DNA from: Vicinamibacterales bacterium
GTDB taxonomy: Bacteria > Acidobacteriota > Vicinamibacteria > Vicinamibacterales > UBA2999
NCBI GenBank assembly: GCA_050249615.1
Contig: JBFWQE010000001.1
Coordinates: 35,483-99,482, forward strand
Direction of reading: 5' to 3'
DNA length: 64,000 bases
Program-made: the position numbers and the translations under genes
The notes under the pieces: model-generated
The model's database searches: none
What the model was told of the DNA's origin: nothing
What the model saw: only the letters and a program-made list of their open reading frames with translations
Part shown: in pieces, positions 27,634 to 36,865 of the stretch
Layout: each line of letters starts with the position of its first letter
Position numbering within the stretch: the stretch's first letter is position 1

Positions 27634-29048
27634 CGGCCCTCCGCCCCCTTCAGCCCGTATTTCTTCGCGAGATAGCGGAATTGGCGGAAGCTCAGGCCGA
27701 GCAGCTCGGCGGCGTGCGTCTGGACGCCGCCCGCCTGCTTGAGCGCGCGCTCGAGGTGCTGGCGCTCGATCTCCTGCAGGTGGTGCTCGAGGTTGAATCC
27801 CAGCTCCGGCAGAGGCGCGGACGCCGTCGACGCCCCTGGGGAGCCAACTTCGCGGAGCGGGGTGACCGGCCGCCCTGCCTGGATGTGCTCGGGAAGGGTC
27901 GCGAGTTCTACGCGGCGCCCCTGCTCGAGCGCCACCGCGCGCTCGACCACGTTCTCGAGCTCCCGCACGTTGCCCGGCCACTGGTAGCTCTCGAGCGCCG
28001 CCATGGCTTCCGACGCGAAGCCCTCCAGGGGCTTGCCCATCTCCCTTGTCAGCCGCGCCAGGAAGTGTTCGGCAATCAGGGGCACGTCGCCGGGCCGCTC
28101 GCGCAGGGCGGGCAGCCGGATCGGAATCACGTTGAGACGGTAGAAGAGATCCTCGCGGAACTTCCCTTCCGCCACCGCTCTCGGCAGGTCCCGGTTGGTG
28201 GCGGCGATGACGCGAATGTTGGCCGGGGTCTCCTCGGTGCCGCCCACGCGCCGGAACCTCCGTTCCTGAAGCACGCGGAGGAGCTTGACCTGCATGGCGG
28301 GCGTCATCTCGCCGATCTCGTCGAGGAAGATCGTGCCCCCGTCGGCCACTTCGATGAGGCCCTTCTTGTTGGTGTCCGCGCCTGTGAAAGCGCCGCGGAC
28401 GTGCCCGAACAGCTCGGACTCGAGCAGCGCCTCGGGCATCGCGCCGCAGTTCACGGCGACGAAGGGCTTCTCGCGGCGGAGCGACCGCGTGTGGATGGCC
28501 TGCGCCACCATCTCCTTGCCGGTGCCCGACTCCCCCGTGATGAGGATGGTGCTGTTCGTGCGGCACACCGTATCCACCATGCGGAACACGTCCAGCATGG
28601 GCGCGCTGCGGCCAATAATGCCGGCGAAGCCCTGGTCGGCGGTCGTGCTCCGCAGCACCACGTTCTCGTGCCGCAGCCGGCGCGACTCGAGCAGCTGCCG
28701 CACCTGCATGGTCACGAGGTCCACGTTCTCGAATGGCTTCTCGAAGAGCGCTTCGGCCCCGATGTCCCGGGCCTGCTTCCACTCGTCCGAGTCCTCGCGC
28801 CAGTGCGCGGTCATCATCAGGACTACGACGTCGGGGGCCAGTTCGCGCACGGCCTGCAGCAGGCGCACGCCGTCCATGCGGGGCATCCGGATGTCGGTGA
28901 GGACCGCGTCGAAGTACTCGCGCGCCACGATGTCGCGCGCCGCCAGGCCGTCCTCGGCGATGACCACATCGAAGCCGTCGCGCTGGAACAGGATGCGCAG
29001 CCACTCGCGCATCGACTGCTCGTCGTCAACGATCAGAATCCGGGGCAT
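27630..29048 (-). CDS. pilR: Sigma-54-dependent response regulator PilR
   Basis: Receiver (ILIVDDE...LTDIRMPRMDG), AAA+ with GESGTGKE and GAFTGA, C-terminal Fis-type HTH. Positioned between pilS and pilA. Confidence 0.85.
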   Translation of the reverse strand: MPRILIVDDEQSMREWLRILFQRDGFDVVIAEDGLAARDIVAREYFDAVLTDIRMPRMDGVRLLQAVRELAPDVVVLMMTAHWREDSDEWKQARDIGAEALFEKPFENVDLVTMQVRQLLESRRLRHENVVLRSTTADQGFAGIIGRSAPMLDVFRMVDTVCRTNSTILITGESGTGKEMVAQAIHTRSLRREKPFVAVNCGAMPEALLESELFGHVRGAFTGADTNKKGLIEVADGGTIFLDEIGEMTPAMQVKLLRVLQERRFRRVGGTEETPANIRVIAATNRDLPRAVAEGKFREDLFYRLNVIPIRLPALRERPGDVPLIAEHFLARLTREMGKPLEGFASEAMAALESYQWPGNVRELENVVERAVALEQGRRVELATLPEHIQAGRPVTPLREVGSPGASTASAPLPELGFNLEHHLQEIERQHLERALKQAGGVQTHAAELLGLSFRQFRYLAKKYGLKGAEGR

Positions 29049-29057
29049 GGACGCATT

Positions 29058-30776
29058 CTACTTTTCCGCACGCGCCGGCGCGGGTGACGCCTCGCGGCCG
29101 GTGCCGGCGGGCGCGGTCTCGGGCGCCGGGCCAGGGAAGCGTACGGTGAACGTCGTGCCCTCGCCCGGCGTGGACTGCACGTCGATGCGGCCGCCGTAAT
29201 CGGTCACGATGCGGTGAACGATGGCCAGGCCCAGCCCGGTTCCCCGGCCGAACGATCCCCGGAACGGCTGGAAGATCCCGTCGATCTCCTCCGGCGGGAT
29301 GCCGACGCCGTGGTCGGTCACCTCCATCACGGCGTAGTGCGACCCGTTGCCCCCGCGCTCGCTGCGCGCGGCCAGCCGCAGTTCCCCGCCCTCCGGCATC
29401 GCGCGGACGCCGTTGGTCGCCAGGTTCCACAGGATCTGTCGCAGCTGGCTCTCGTCCCCGTCCATCGGCACCTCGTGATCGGGCAGCGTGACCTCCACCC
29501 GGTGCTTCGCCGCCACCTCGGGGCTGTTCCTGAGCAGCATCCCGGTTTCCCCGACCACGGTCCGGAGATCGAGCCGCGTCACCTGGAGCTTCTGGGGCCG
29601 CGCGTAGGCCAGGAACGACTTGATGGTCTGGTTCAGCCGCTCCGATTCCTTCAGCACGATGTCCATCAGCTGCGCATGGTCACCGGAGAGCGACAGCTCG
29701 TGCCGCAGCATCTGCATCGACCCGGACATCGACGCCAGGGGGTTGCGGATCTCGTGGGCGATGCCGGCAGCCATCTCGCCGACGGCCGCCAGGCGCTGCT
29801 GCAGGCGGGCCGTGCGCTCGATGCGCTTCAGCTCGGTCACGTCCTGGAAGGTGTAGAGATACCCGTGGCCGCCGTCCGGCAGCGGCAGGCCGACCACGGT
29901 GAGGCCGATCTCGATCACCTTGCCGTCGGGCCGCCGGTACTCGAAGTCCGTGCGCCTGGTGCGCGACTTCGCCAGCTCGTCGTCGAGGTTTGCCGTGAAG
30001 GCCGGGGCGAGCCGCAGCACCTCGGCGGCGGGACGGCCAATCGGCAGTCCCCCCGTGAGTCCCGTGATGCTCATGGCGGAGCGGTTGAACGTGAGCAGGC
30101 GGTTCTGCGCGTCGGCCGTGGCCAGCCCGCTCGGCAGATTGTCGATCACGTACTGGTTGAACGCCTGGAGGTCCGCGATCTCCTCGGTGGCCCGCTCGAG
30201 CCGCACGTCGGCGCGGCGCGCGCGCTCGGCGAGCGATCCGCTGAGGAGCGCTACTGCAAAGAAGCCGAAGACGTTCAGGCCGACCGTGTAGAGCGCCACC
30301 GTCGGGTCCGCTAACTCGCCCGGCCCCGTTGCCAGGAACGGCAGGTCGATGGCGCCGGACGCATCGAGATACTGCGCGATCACCAGCCCGACGAACAGCA
30401 CGGAGTTGAGGGCTGCCAGCTGCAGCCCGCCGCGGCGCAGCTGAGCCGTGCTCGCCGCGACGATCGGCAGCACGTACAGCGTGGTGAAGAGGCTGTTGAT
30501 GCCCCCGGTCAGGTAGACGCAGGCGGAGACCAGGACGGCGTCGATGCCGAAGTGGACACCGGCCATCCACGGATGCCGGTCCACGAACCGCAGTGAGGCC
30601 AGCAGGCCCATGCTGACGGCGAACGTGGCGCCGATCAGGACGAAGAACGGGTTGATGGGCAGGGCGCCCGGAGCGCGCACCTGCACCACCACCGCCAGCC
30701 CCAGCAGCACCGTGGCCACGACCAGCCGCAGCGCGGTGTGCGCCGCGAGGCGCTGCCGGAGCCAGGACGCGCTCAT
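29058..30776 (-). CDS. pilS: Sensor histidine kinase PilS (polytopic N-terminus + PAS + HisKA/HATPase)
   Basis: About 6 N-terminal TM helices, H-box HEIRNPLASMSG, G-boxes DHGVGIP and GTGLGLAIV. ATG 30774-30776 overlaps the pilC stop (ATGA). Confidence 0.85.
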   Translation of the reverse strand: MSASWLRQRLAAHTALRLVVATVLLGLAVVVQVRAPGALPINPFFVLIGATFAVSMGLLASLRFVDRHPWMAGVHFGIDAVLVSACVYLTGGINSLFTTLYVLPIVAASTAQLRRGGLQLAALNSVLFVGLVIAQYLDASGAIDLPFLATGPGELADPTVALYTVGLNVFGFFAVALLSGSLAERARRADVRLERATEEIADLQAFNQYVIDNLPSGLATADAQNRLLTFNRSAMSITGLTGGLPIGRPAAEVLRLAPAFTANLDDELAKSRTRRTDFEYRRPDGKVIEIGLTVVGLPLPDGGHGYLYTFQDVTELKRIERTARLQQRLAAVGEMAAGIAHEIRNPLASMSGSMQMLRHELSLSGDHAQLMDIVLKESERLNQTIKSFLAYARPQKLQVTRLDLRTVVGETGMLLRNSPEVAAKHRVEVTLPDHEVPMDGDESQLRQILWNLATNGVRAMPEGGELRLAARSERGGNGSHYAVMEVTDHGVGIPPEEIDGIFQPFRGSFGRGTGLGLAIVHRIVTDYGGRIDVQSTPGEGTTFTVRFPGPAPETAPAGTGREASPAPARAEK

Positions 30777-31984
30777 CCAGCCAGCTTGCTGATCAGGCCG
30801 AAGATCGGCAGGTACATCGCGATGACGATGCCGCCGACGACGCCGCCGAGGAACGCGATCATCACCGGCTCGAGCAGGGTCAGCATGCCCGCCACCGCCG
30901 TGTCCACCTCCTCCTCGTAGAAGTCGGCGATCTTCGCCAGCATCGTGTCGAGCGCGCCGGTCGCCTCGCCAACGCCGATCATCTGGACCACCATGCCGGG
31001 GAACACGCCCGTCTCCTTGAGAGGCGCCGCGATGGTCTCGCCGCGCTCGATGCTCTTGCGCGTGACCTGGATGGCGTCCTCGATGATGGCGTTGCCCGCC
31101 GTCCTGGCGGTGATGTCGAGGCCGTCGAGGATGGGCACGCCCGACGCCATGAGGGTGGACAGCGTGCGGCAGAAGCGCGCGACGGCGATCTTCCGGAGGA
31201 TCGAGCCCAGGATGGGCAGCTTGAGCAGCAACCCGTCGATCACGCGGCGGCCCTTCTCGGTGGCGTAGTACTGCCGCAGCGCGTACCCGCCCACGAACAG
31301 CCCCACGATCACGAACGGCATGAAACGGACCAGGTTGTTGCTGAGTGCGATGACGATGCGCGTGGGCAGCGGCAGCTCGGCGCCGAGGCCCGCGAACAGG
31401 CTCGCGAAGGTGGGGATCACCTTCCACAGGATGACGCCCACGACGACGGCGGCGATGACGATGACCGCCACCGGGTAGATCATGGCGGACTGGACCTGCG
31501 ACTTCAGCTTGACGGCTTTCTCGATGTAGACCGCCAGGCGCTTGAGAATGGTGTCGAGGATGCCGCCCGCCTCGCCGGCGGCGATCATGTTCGTGTAGAG
31601 CGCGTCGAACACCTTCGGGTGGCGCTTCATGGCATCGGCCAGCGACTGGCCGCCCTCGACGTCCGTGCGCGTCTGAAGGATGACCTGCTGGAAGTACTTG
31701 TGCTCCTCCTGGTTGCCGAGGATGTCGAGGCACTGCACCAGCGGCAGGCCGGCGTCGATCATCACCGAGAACTGCCGCGTGAAGACCGCCAGGTTCTTCG
31801 ATGGCACGCCCCTGGCCCGCAGCTTGGCTGGCGCCGCCGCCCTGGCGGCCACGGGCGTGATGCGCGTGACCTGGATCTGCTCGCGCCGCAGCGCCGCCGC
31901 GACGGCGTCCATCGAGTCCCCGATGCGCTCGCCCGCGATGGTCTCTCCTCCGCGGGTTCTCCCGGAAAACGCAAACGTCGCCAT
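30773..31984 (-). CDS. pilC: Type IV pilus platform protein PilC (GspF family)
   Basis: Duplicated T2SSF domains, 403 aa, positioned after pilT. Confidence 0.9.
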   Translation of the reverse strand: MATFAFSGRTRGGETIAGERIGDSMDAVAAALRREQIQVTRITPVAARAAAPAKLRARGVPSKNLAVFTRQFSVMIDAGLPLVQCLDILGNQEEHKYFQQVILQTRTDVEGGQSLADAMKRHPKVFDALYTNMIAAGEAGGILDTILKRLAVYIEKAVKLKSQVQSAMIYPVAVIVIAAVVVGVILWKVIPTFASLFAGLGAELPLPTRIVIALSNNLVRFMPFVIVGLFVGGYALRQYYATEKGRRVIDGLLLKLPILGSILRKIAVARFCRTLSTLMASGVPILDGLDITARTAGNAIIEDAIQVTRKSIERGETIAAPLKETGVFPGMVVQMIGVGEATGALDTMLAKIADFYEEEVDTAVAGMLTLLEPVMIAFLGGVVGGIVIAMYLPIFGLISKLAG

Positions 31985-32043
31985 GTCAGTCTCCGTCTCT
32001 CGTTCGTTGGTCGATCGGGGGGAGGCCCGTCCGGCCGGTCATC

Positions 32044-33198
32044 CTACTGCCCCACGGGGCGTCCCGCGCGCAGGCCCGCGGCCGGCCCTCCCGGGCGGCT
32101 CAGTCCCGCGCCGGGCACCACGCCCACGCCGCGGTTGATCATCTCGTGGAGCTCCTCGCGGTTCGACGAGGCCCCGACGGCGGTCTCGAGCGTGATCTGG
32201 CGCCGGAAGTACAGCGTCGCCAGCGACTGGTTCATCGTCTGCATGCCGAGCTTCTCCTGCCCGGTCTGCATGGCCGAGTAGATCTGGTGCACCTTGTCCT
32301 CGCGGATCAGGTTGCGGATGCCCGGTGTCGGCACCAGGATCTCCATGGCGACCACGCGCCCGTCGCCGCTGGCCTTCGGCAGCAGGCTCTGGCAGACGAT
32401 GCCCTCGAGCACCAGGGACAGCTGCGTGCGGATCTGCGCCTGCTGGTGGGCCGGGAACTGATCGATGATGCGGTTGATCGTCGAGGCGGCCGAGTTGGTG
32501 TGCAGCGTCGCGAACGTCAGGTGGCCCGTCTCGGCGATGCGCAGGGCCGACTCGACGGTCTCGAGGTCGCGCATCTCGCCGATGAGCACGACGTCCGGAT
32601 CCTCACGGAGCGCAGCGCGCAGCGCGTTGCCGAAGCTCTGCGTGTCGCTGTGCACTTCGCGCTGGTTCACCATGCAGCCCTTGTGCTGGTGCAGGTACTC
32701 GATGGGGTCCTCGATGGTGAGGATGTGCCCCTTCTGCTGGGTGTTGATCTTGTCGATCATCGCCGCCAGCGTGGTGGACTTGCCGCTACCGGTCGGGCCC
32801 GTGACGAGCACGAGCCCGCGGGGCCGGTCGGCGAGCTTCGAGATGACCGCGGGCAGCTGGAGCTCTTCGAAGCCGCGGATGCGCTCGGGGATCTGGCGGT
32901 AGGCCGCCGCCACGGCGCCCTTCTGGTTGTACATGTTGCAGCGGAAGCGCGCCAGGCCCTTGATGCCGAACGAGCAGTCGAGCTCCTGCGTCTCCTCGAA
33001 CCGCTTCTTCTGGGCGTCGCTCAGCACGCTGTAGGTGAGCGCCTTGGTGTCGGTCGGGGTCAACGACGGGAACGCCATCCGCACCAGGTCCCCGTGCACG
33101 CGCACCTGGGGCGGCGAATCGATCGACAGGTGCAGGTCCGACGCCCCCATGTCGACCGACATCCTCAACAGTTCCACCAAGCCCGGCAATGTCGCCAT
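32044..33198 (-). CDS. pilT: Twitching-motility retraction ATPase PilT
   Basis: MATLPGLVELLRMSVDMGASDLHL, Walker A GPTGSGKST, Asp/His boxes (IGEMRD, GHLTFATLHT), AIRNLIRE-like GIRNLIRE. Gly/Pro-rich C-terminal tail. Confidence 0.92.
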   Translation of the reverse strand: MATLPGLVELLRMSVDMGASDLHLSIDSPPQVRVHGDLVRMAFPSLTPTDTKALTYSVLSDAQKKRFEETQELDCSFGIKGLARFRCNMYNQKGAVAAAYRQIPERIRGFEELQLPAVISKLADRPRGLVLVTGPTGSGKSTTLAAMIDKINTQQKGHILTIEDPIEYLHQHKGCMVNQREVHSDTQSFGNALRAALREDPDVVLIGEMRDLETVESALRIAETGHLTFATLHTNSAASTINRIIDQFPAHQQAQIRTQLSLVLEGIVCQSLLPKASGDGRVVAMEILVPTPGIRNLIREDKVHQIYSAMQTGQEKLGMQTMNQSLATLYFRRQITLETAVGASSNREELHEMINRGVGVVPGAGLSRPGGPAAGLRAGRPVGQ

Positions 33199-33203
33199 AG
33201 GTT

Positions 33204-34973
33204 CTACCTGACCGTTTCCCGCAGCACTTCCTCGACGGAGGTGATGCCGTCCTTGATCTTCCTGAGGCCGCTGCCGCGCAGCGTGATCATCCCTTCTTCG
33301 ATGGCCTTTCGGCGCAGCTCGAGCGCCGAGGCGCCCACGAGCACCAGCTCGCGGAGCTCGTCGGTGATCTCCATCACCTCGTACAGGCCCACCCGGCCCT
33401 TGTAGCCGGTGCCGTTGCACTTGTCGCAGCCCTTGCCGCGAAGCGGCTTCACGGTGCGCGCCTCGTCGGTCGTGAACCCGATCTGCTCGAGCGCCTGGGG
33501 CGGCAGGTCCTCGGGCGCCTTGCAGTTCGCGCAGACCCGGCGCACGAGGCGCTGGGCGCACACCAGGTTCAGCGAGCTCGCCACCAGGAACGGCTCGATG
33601 CCCATGTTCATCAGGCGGTTGATGGTGCTCGGCGCGTCGTTCGTGTGCAGCGTCGACAGCACGAGGTGGCCCGTCAGCGCGGCCTTGACGGCGATCTCCG
33701 CCGTCTCGAAGTCGCGGATCTCGCCGACGAGGATGATGTTCGGGTCCTGGCGCAGGAAGCTGCGGAGGGCAGCCGCGAAGTTGAGGCCGATGTTCTCGCG
33801 GACCTGCACCTGGTTCACGCCCGGCAGGTTGAACTCCACCGGGTCCTCGGCCGTCATGATGTTGGTCTCGGGCGTGTTGATGCGCGAGATGGACGAGTAG
33901 AGCGTGTTGGTCTTGCCGCTGCCCGTCGGTCCCGTCACGAGCACCATGCCCCAGGGCTTCTGGATCTGCGTCTCGAGCTTGCGCAGCGACTCGGGCTCGA
34001 AGCCCAGCTTCGTCATGTCCAGCATCAGCTTGCCCTTGTCGAGCAGGCGCATGACGATCTTCTCGCCGAACAGCGTCGGGAGGCACGAAACGCGGAAGTC
34101 GATGTCCTTGCTGACGCCGTTGTCGCTGAACCGGATCTTGATGCGGCCGTCCTGGGGCAGCCGCTTCTCGGCGATGTCGAGCTTCGCCATGATCTTCACG
34201 CGCGACGTGATCGCGTCGCGCATCTTCAGCGTCGGCGACATCACGTTGTACAGGATGCCGTCGATGCGGTACCGGACCCGGTACTCCTTCTCGTACGGCT
34301 CGATGTGGATGTCGCTCGCCCCCTTGGAGATCGCCGACATCAGGATGACGTTCACCAGCTTGATGACCGGCGCTTCCTCACCCTGGCGCGCCAGCGCCTC
34401 GGCGCTGATCTCCTCGAGGTCCTCCATGACCTCGACGTCGCCCACGTCGACGGGCATCTCCTCGAGCGCCTTGGTGGCCATCTCGAGGGCGCTCTCCGTG
34501 GGCGACTGCACCGCCATCCCGCCGCGACCCGTCATCGACACCGGCGGCGCGATGCCGTAGTACTTCTCGATGGCCTCGGCCACGCCGGTTTCCGACGCGA
34601 CGACGGGCTCGACGTTGTAGCCCGTCATGAACTTGACGTCGTCCATCGCGAAGACGTTCGTCGGGTCCGTCATCGCGATGGTCAGCGTGGCGCCGGAGCG
34701 GCTGAGCGGGATGATCTGGTACTTGCGCGCGGTCTCGGCCGGCACCAGCTTGATGACCGCCGCGTCGATCTCGAACTGCCCCAGCGCGATGGAGGGCACG
34801 CCGTACTGCTTCGACAGCAGGGCCGTGATCTCGTCGTCCTGGATGTAGCCCAGCTTCACCAGGTTGCCGCCCAGCTTCCCGCCGTGCTGACGCTGGTAGG
34901 TCAGCGCGTCCTGGAGCTGTTCCGCCGAGATGCGCTTCTCCTTGAGAAGCAGTTCGCCAATCCTGACCGCCAT
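33204..34973 (-). CDS. pilB: Type IV pilus assembly ATPase PilB (GspE family)
   Basis: N-terminal T2SSE_N domain, Walker A GPTGSGKTN, tetracysteine CANCK...CDKCNGTGY. Confidence 0.92.
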   Translation of the reverse strand: MAVRIGELLLKEKRISAEQLQDALTYQRQHGGKLGGNLVKLGYIQDDEITALLSKQYGVPSIALGQFEIDAAVIKLVPAETARKYQIIPLSRSGATLTIAMTDPTNVFAMDDVKFMTGYNVEPVVASETGVAEAIEKYYGIAPPVSMTGRGGMAVQSPTESALEMATKALEEMPVDVGDVEVMEDLEEISAEALARQGEEAPVIKLVNVILMSAISKGASDIHIEPYEKEYRVRYRIDGILYNVMSPTLKMRDAITSRVKIMAKLDIAEKRLPQDGRIKIRFSDNGVSKDIDFRVSCLPTLFGEKIVMRLLDKGKLMLDMTKLGFEPESLRKLETQIQKPWGMVLVTGPTGSGKTNTLYSSISRINTPETNIMTAEDPVEFNLPGVNQVQVRENIGLNFAAALRSFLRQDPNIILVGEIRDFETAEIAVKAALTGHLVLSTLHTNDAPSTINRLMNMGIEPFLVASSLNLVCAQRLVRRVCANCKAPEDLPPQALEQIGFTTDEARTVKPLRGKGCDKCNGTGYKGRVGLYEVMEITDELRELVLVGASALELRRKAIEEGMITLRGSGLRKIKDGITSVEEVLRETVR

Positions 34974-35020
34974 GACGTGTTCTGAACCGCACCCTCACCC
35001 GGGGCCCCGACCGCCCCGTC

Positions 35021-36040
35021 CTAGAACGTGAACCTCGCTCCCACACTCCACGACCGCTCGTCCCGGTCGCCACCGGCCACGTGGGCCTCGACGTAGAAGC
35101 CGGACGCCAGGGCCGCCGACACGCCTGTCGCCACTACCGGCCGGGCCGCGCCTGCCGCGCTGCCCCGGACGCCCCCCCGAATGCCCAGGCGCTGCCCGAG
35201 CCACCAGGTTTCCACGCCCGCGGCAATGTCCCGCCGGACGCCGCCGGGAGATGCCTGTTCCGTGAGATCCGCGTCCGCCGAGACCACCACGCGGGAATTG
35301 CCAGGCCAGCCGCTGCCCCAGGCCACGCCCAGCCGCACCTCCCGCTCCAACTCCACCGCCGCGCTCCCGTCCGGACCGTCGAACGACGGCGTCGTCAGGT
35401 TGCGCGCCACCAGCCCAGCCCGCCACTGCTCCACGGCGAGCATGACGCCTGCATCGACGTCCGCGCGCGACGTGACGCGGTGAGGCAGTCCATCCACGGC
35501 GTCCAAGGCGTCGGAGACGCCGGCCAGATCGACCCGGCCACGCGACACCTCTCCACGCACGAGCTTCACCGTCCCCGCCAGCACGAGGTACTGATTCAAG
35601 GACTGGGCCAGCGTCACCCCGAAGTGGGACGTCGTCAGCCCATGCACATTTCGCCGTCCTTCTTCTCGGCTTGGCCCCGTCCGTTCTGCAGCCTCATCCG
35701 GCCCCGCGACGACGCGTGAGAGCCGGTAGTAGCCGAGCCCCAGAGGCGGAAGCGTGAAGGCCAGCAGGCGGGCAGTAGTCTTCGAGCCATCGCCGGGCCC
35801 GCCTGAGTCGCCGGGAATACTGTCAACCGCCCCAAAATCCACGACAAAACTGACGTACGCACCGGTCGCCATCCCGGCCGGATTCCAGTAGACCGACGAT
35901 GCGTCATCGGCGACCGCGACGAACGCCTCCCCCATGCCGGAGGCTCGCGTGCCCAGGGGCTGAGCCTGGGCACCTGCGGCGAGAAGGCAGACCAGGGCAA
36001 AAATGGCCCAGATAGGGCCGCTTGTGGTTTTTGAGGCCAT
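35021..36040 (-). CDS. Outer-membrane beta-barrel protein of unknown function (FadL/PorV/TraF-like N-terminal motif)
   Basis: Signal peptide MASKTTSGPIWAIFALVCLLAAGAQAQ, motif GMGEAFVAVADDASSVYWNPAGMA, alternating beta pattern, C-terminal ...VGARFTF. Start set at ATG 36038-36040. Confidence 0.55.
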   Translation of the reverse strand: MASKTTSGPIWAIFALVCLLAAGAQAQPLGTRASGMGEAFVAVADDASSVYWNPAGMATGAYVSFVVDFGAVDSIPGDSGGPGDGSKTTARLLAFTLPPLGLGYYRLSRVVAGPDEAAERTGPSREEGRRNVHGLTTSHFGVTLAQSLNQYLVLAGTVKLVRGEVSRGRVDLAGVSDALDAVDGLPHRVTSRADVDAGVMLAVEQWRAGLVARNLTTPSFDGPDGSAAVELEREVRLGVAWGSGWPGNSRVVVSADADLTEQASPGGVRRDIAAGVETWWLGQRLGIRGGVRGSAAGAARPVVATGVSAALASGFYVEAHVAGGDRDERSWSVGARFTF

Positions 36041-36101
36041 AAAATAGTACTTTTGAGAAGGCGAATGAACGCGGAGCCTGGTGGGGCGAGCCGGGAAGTC
36101 C

Positions 36102-36131
36102 ATCCTATTCAGCGGTTTGAAAGGCTGTCAA
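36102..36131 (-). promoter_or_regulatory. Candidate sigma-70 promoter for the OM-barrel/pilB operon
   Basis: The minus strand reads TTGACA-(18 nt)-TAGGAT, about 60 nt upstream of ATG 36040, in a locally AT-richer divergent region. Confidence 0.4.
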
Positions 36132-36183
36132 GAAACCTCCCGGCGCCGCGCGTCGTATAAGCAGGAACAGGACACTGGTCTCG

Positions 36184-36864
36184 ATGCGGCACATCGCGGG
36201 CGTGCTGTGGCGTCCCCGCTCCACCATGGCGGCCCTCGTGGCCACCCCGACATATCTGGCGGCGTGGTTGGTTCTTCTCGTCATTGGGCTGAGCCTGGCT
36301 GCAGCGCTGCTCCGTACGAACATCGGCCGACAGGCTCTCGTCGATGAGCGGGTTCGCGTCATCGAGGCCCTGGGTGGTCGCGTGGACGACGAGCGCTACG
36401 CGAGATTACAGAATTCGCCGCCGTATGGCGCTTATGTAACCAGCGGGGGCCGGCTTCTGCTGACCCCGCCGGTCACCCTGCTGGTCGCGGCCGGCCTGAT
36501 GGCCCTGGCCCGAACCGATGGGGCTCGCCTGCCCTGGGCAGCAGCCATGGCGGTCAGCGTACACGCCTCGGCCGCTCTGGTGGTTCAGCAGCTCGTCGCG
36601 ACGCCCCTGCATTTCCTGAGGGAATCGATCACGAGCCCGACCAACCTGGCGGTCTTTCTCCCGATGCTGGAAGAGGGAACGGTGGCGGCGCGGGTGTTCG
36701 GGTCCATCGACCTCTTCGGGCTGTGGTGGATGTGGCTGCTGGCGCTTGGGGTTGCGGCGGCCACGGGTCGCCCGGCGCGCCGGTACCTCGGGCGGCTGCT
36801 GGGTGTCTATGTACTCGTGGCGGTGATGGTGGCGGCCGGCATGGCTGTCATAGGAGGGTCCTAG
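36184..36864 (+). CDS. Yip1-like polytopic membrane protein (putative)
   Basis: 226 aa with about 5 TM helices. The general Yip1-domain architecture is my impression only. Confidence 0.4.
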   Translation: MRHIAGVLWRPRSTMAALVATPTYLAAWLVLLVIGLSLAAALLRTNIGRQALVDERVRVIEALGGRVDDERYARLQNSPPYGAYVTSGGRLLLTPPVTLLVAAGLMALARTDGARLPWAAAMAVSVHASAALVVQQLVATPLHFLRESITSPTNLAVFLPMLEEGTVAARVFGSIDLFGLWWMWLLALGVAAATGRPARRYLGRLLGVYVLVAVMVAAGMAVIGGS

Positions 36865-36865
36865 C

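Noticed and set aside
27634-29004. An upstream extension of the hydrolase ORF (track ORF 26314-29004, 896 aa) running through pilR in another frame.
   Set aside because: The extension overlaps the well-supported pilR frame and is Arg/Pro-rich nonsense. A signal-peptide-bearing MMRLAAAAC start at 27633 with an ATGA overlap to pilR is far more plausible.
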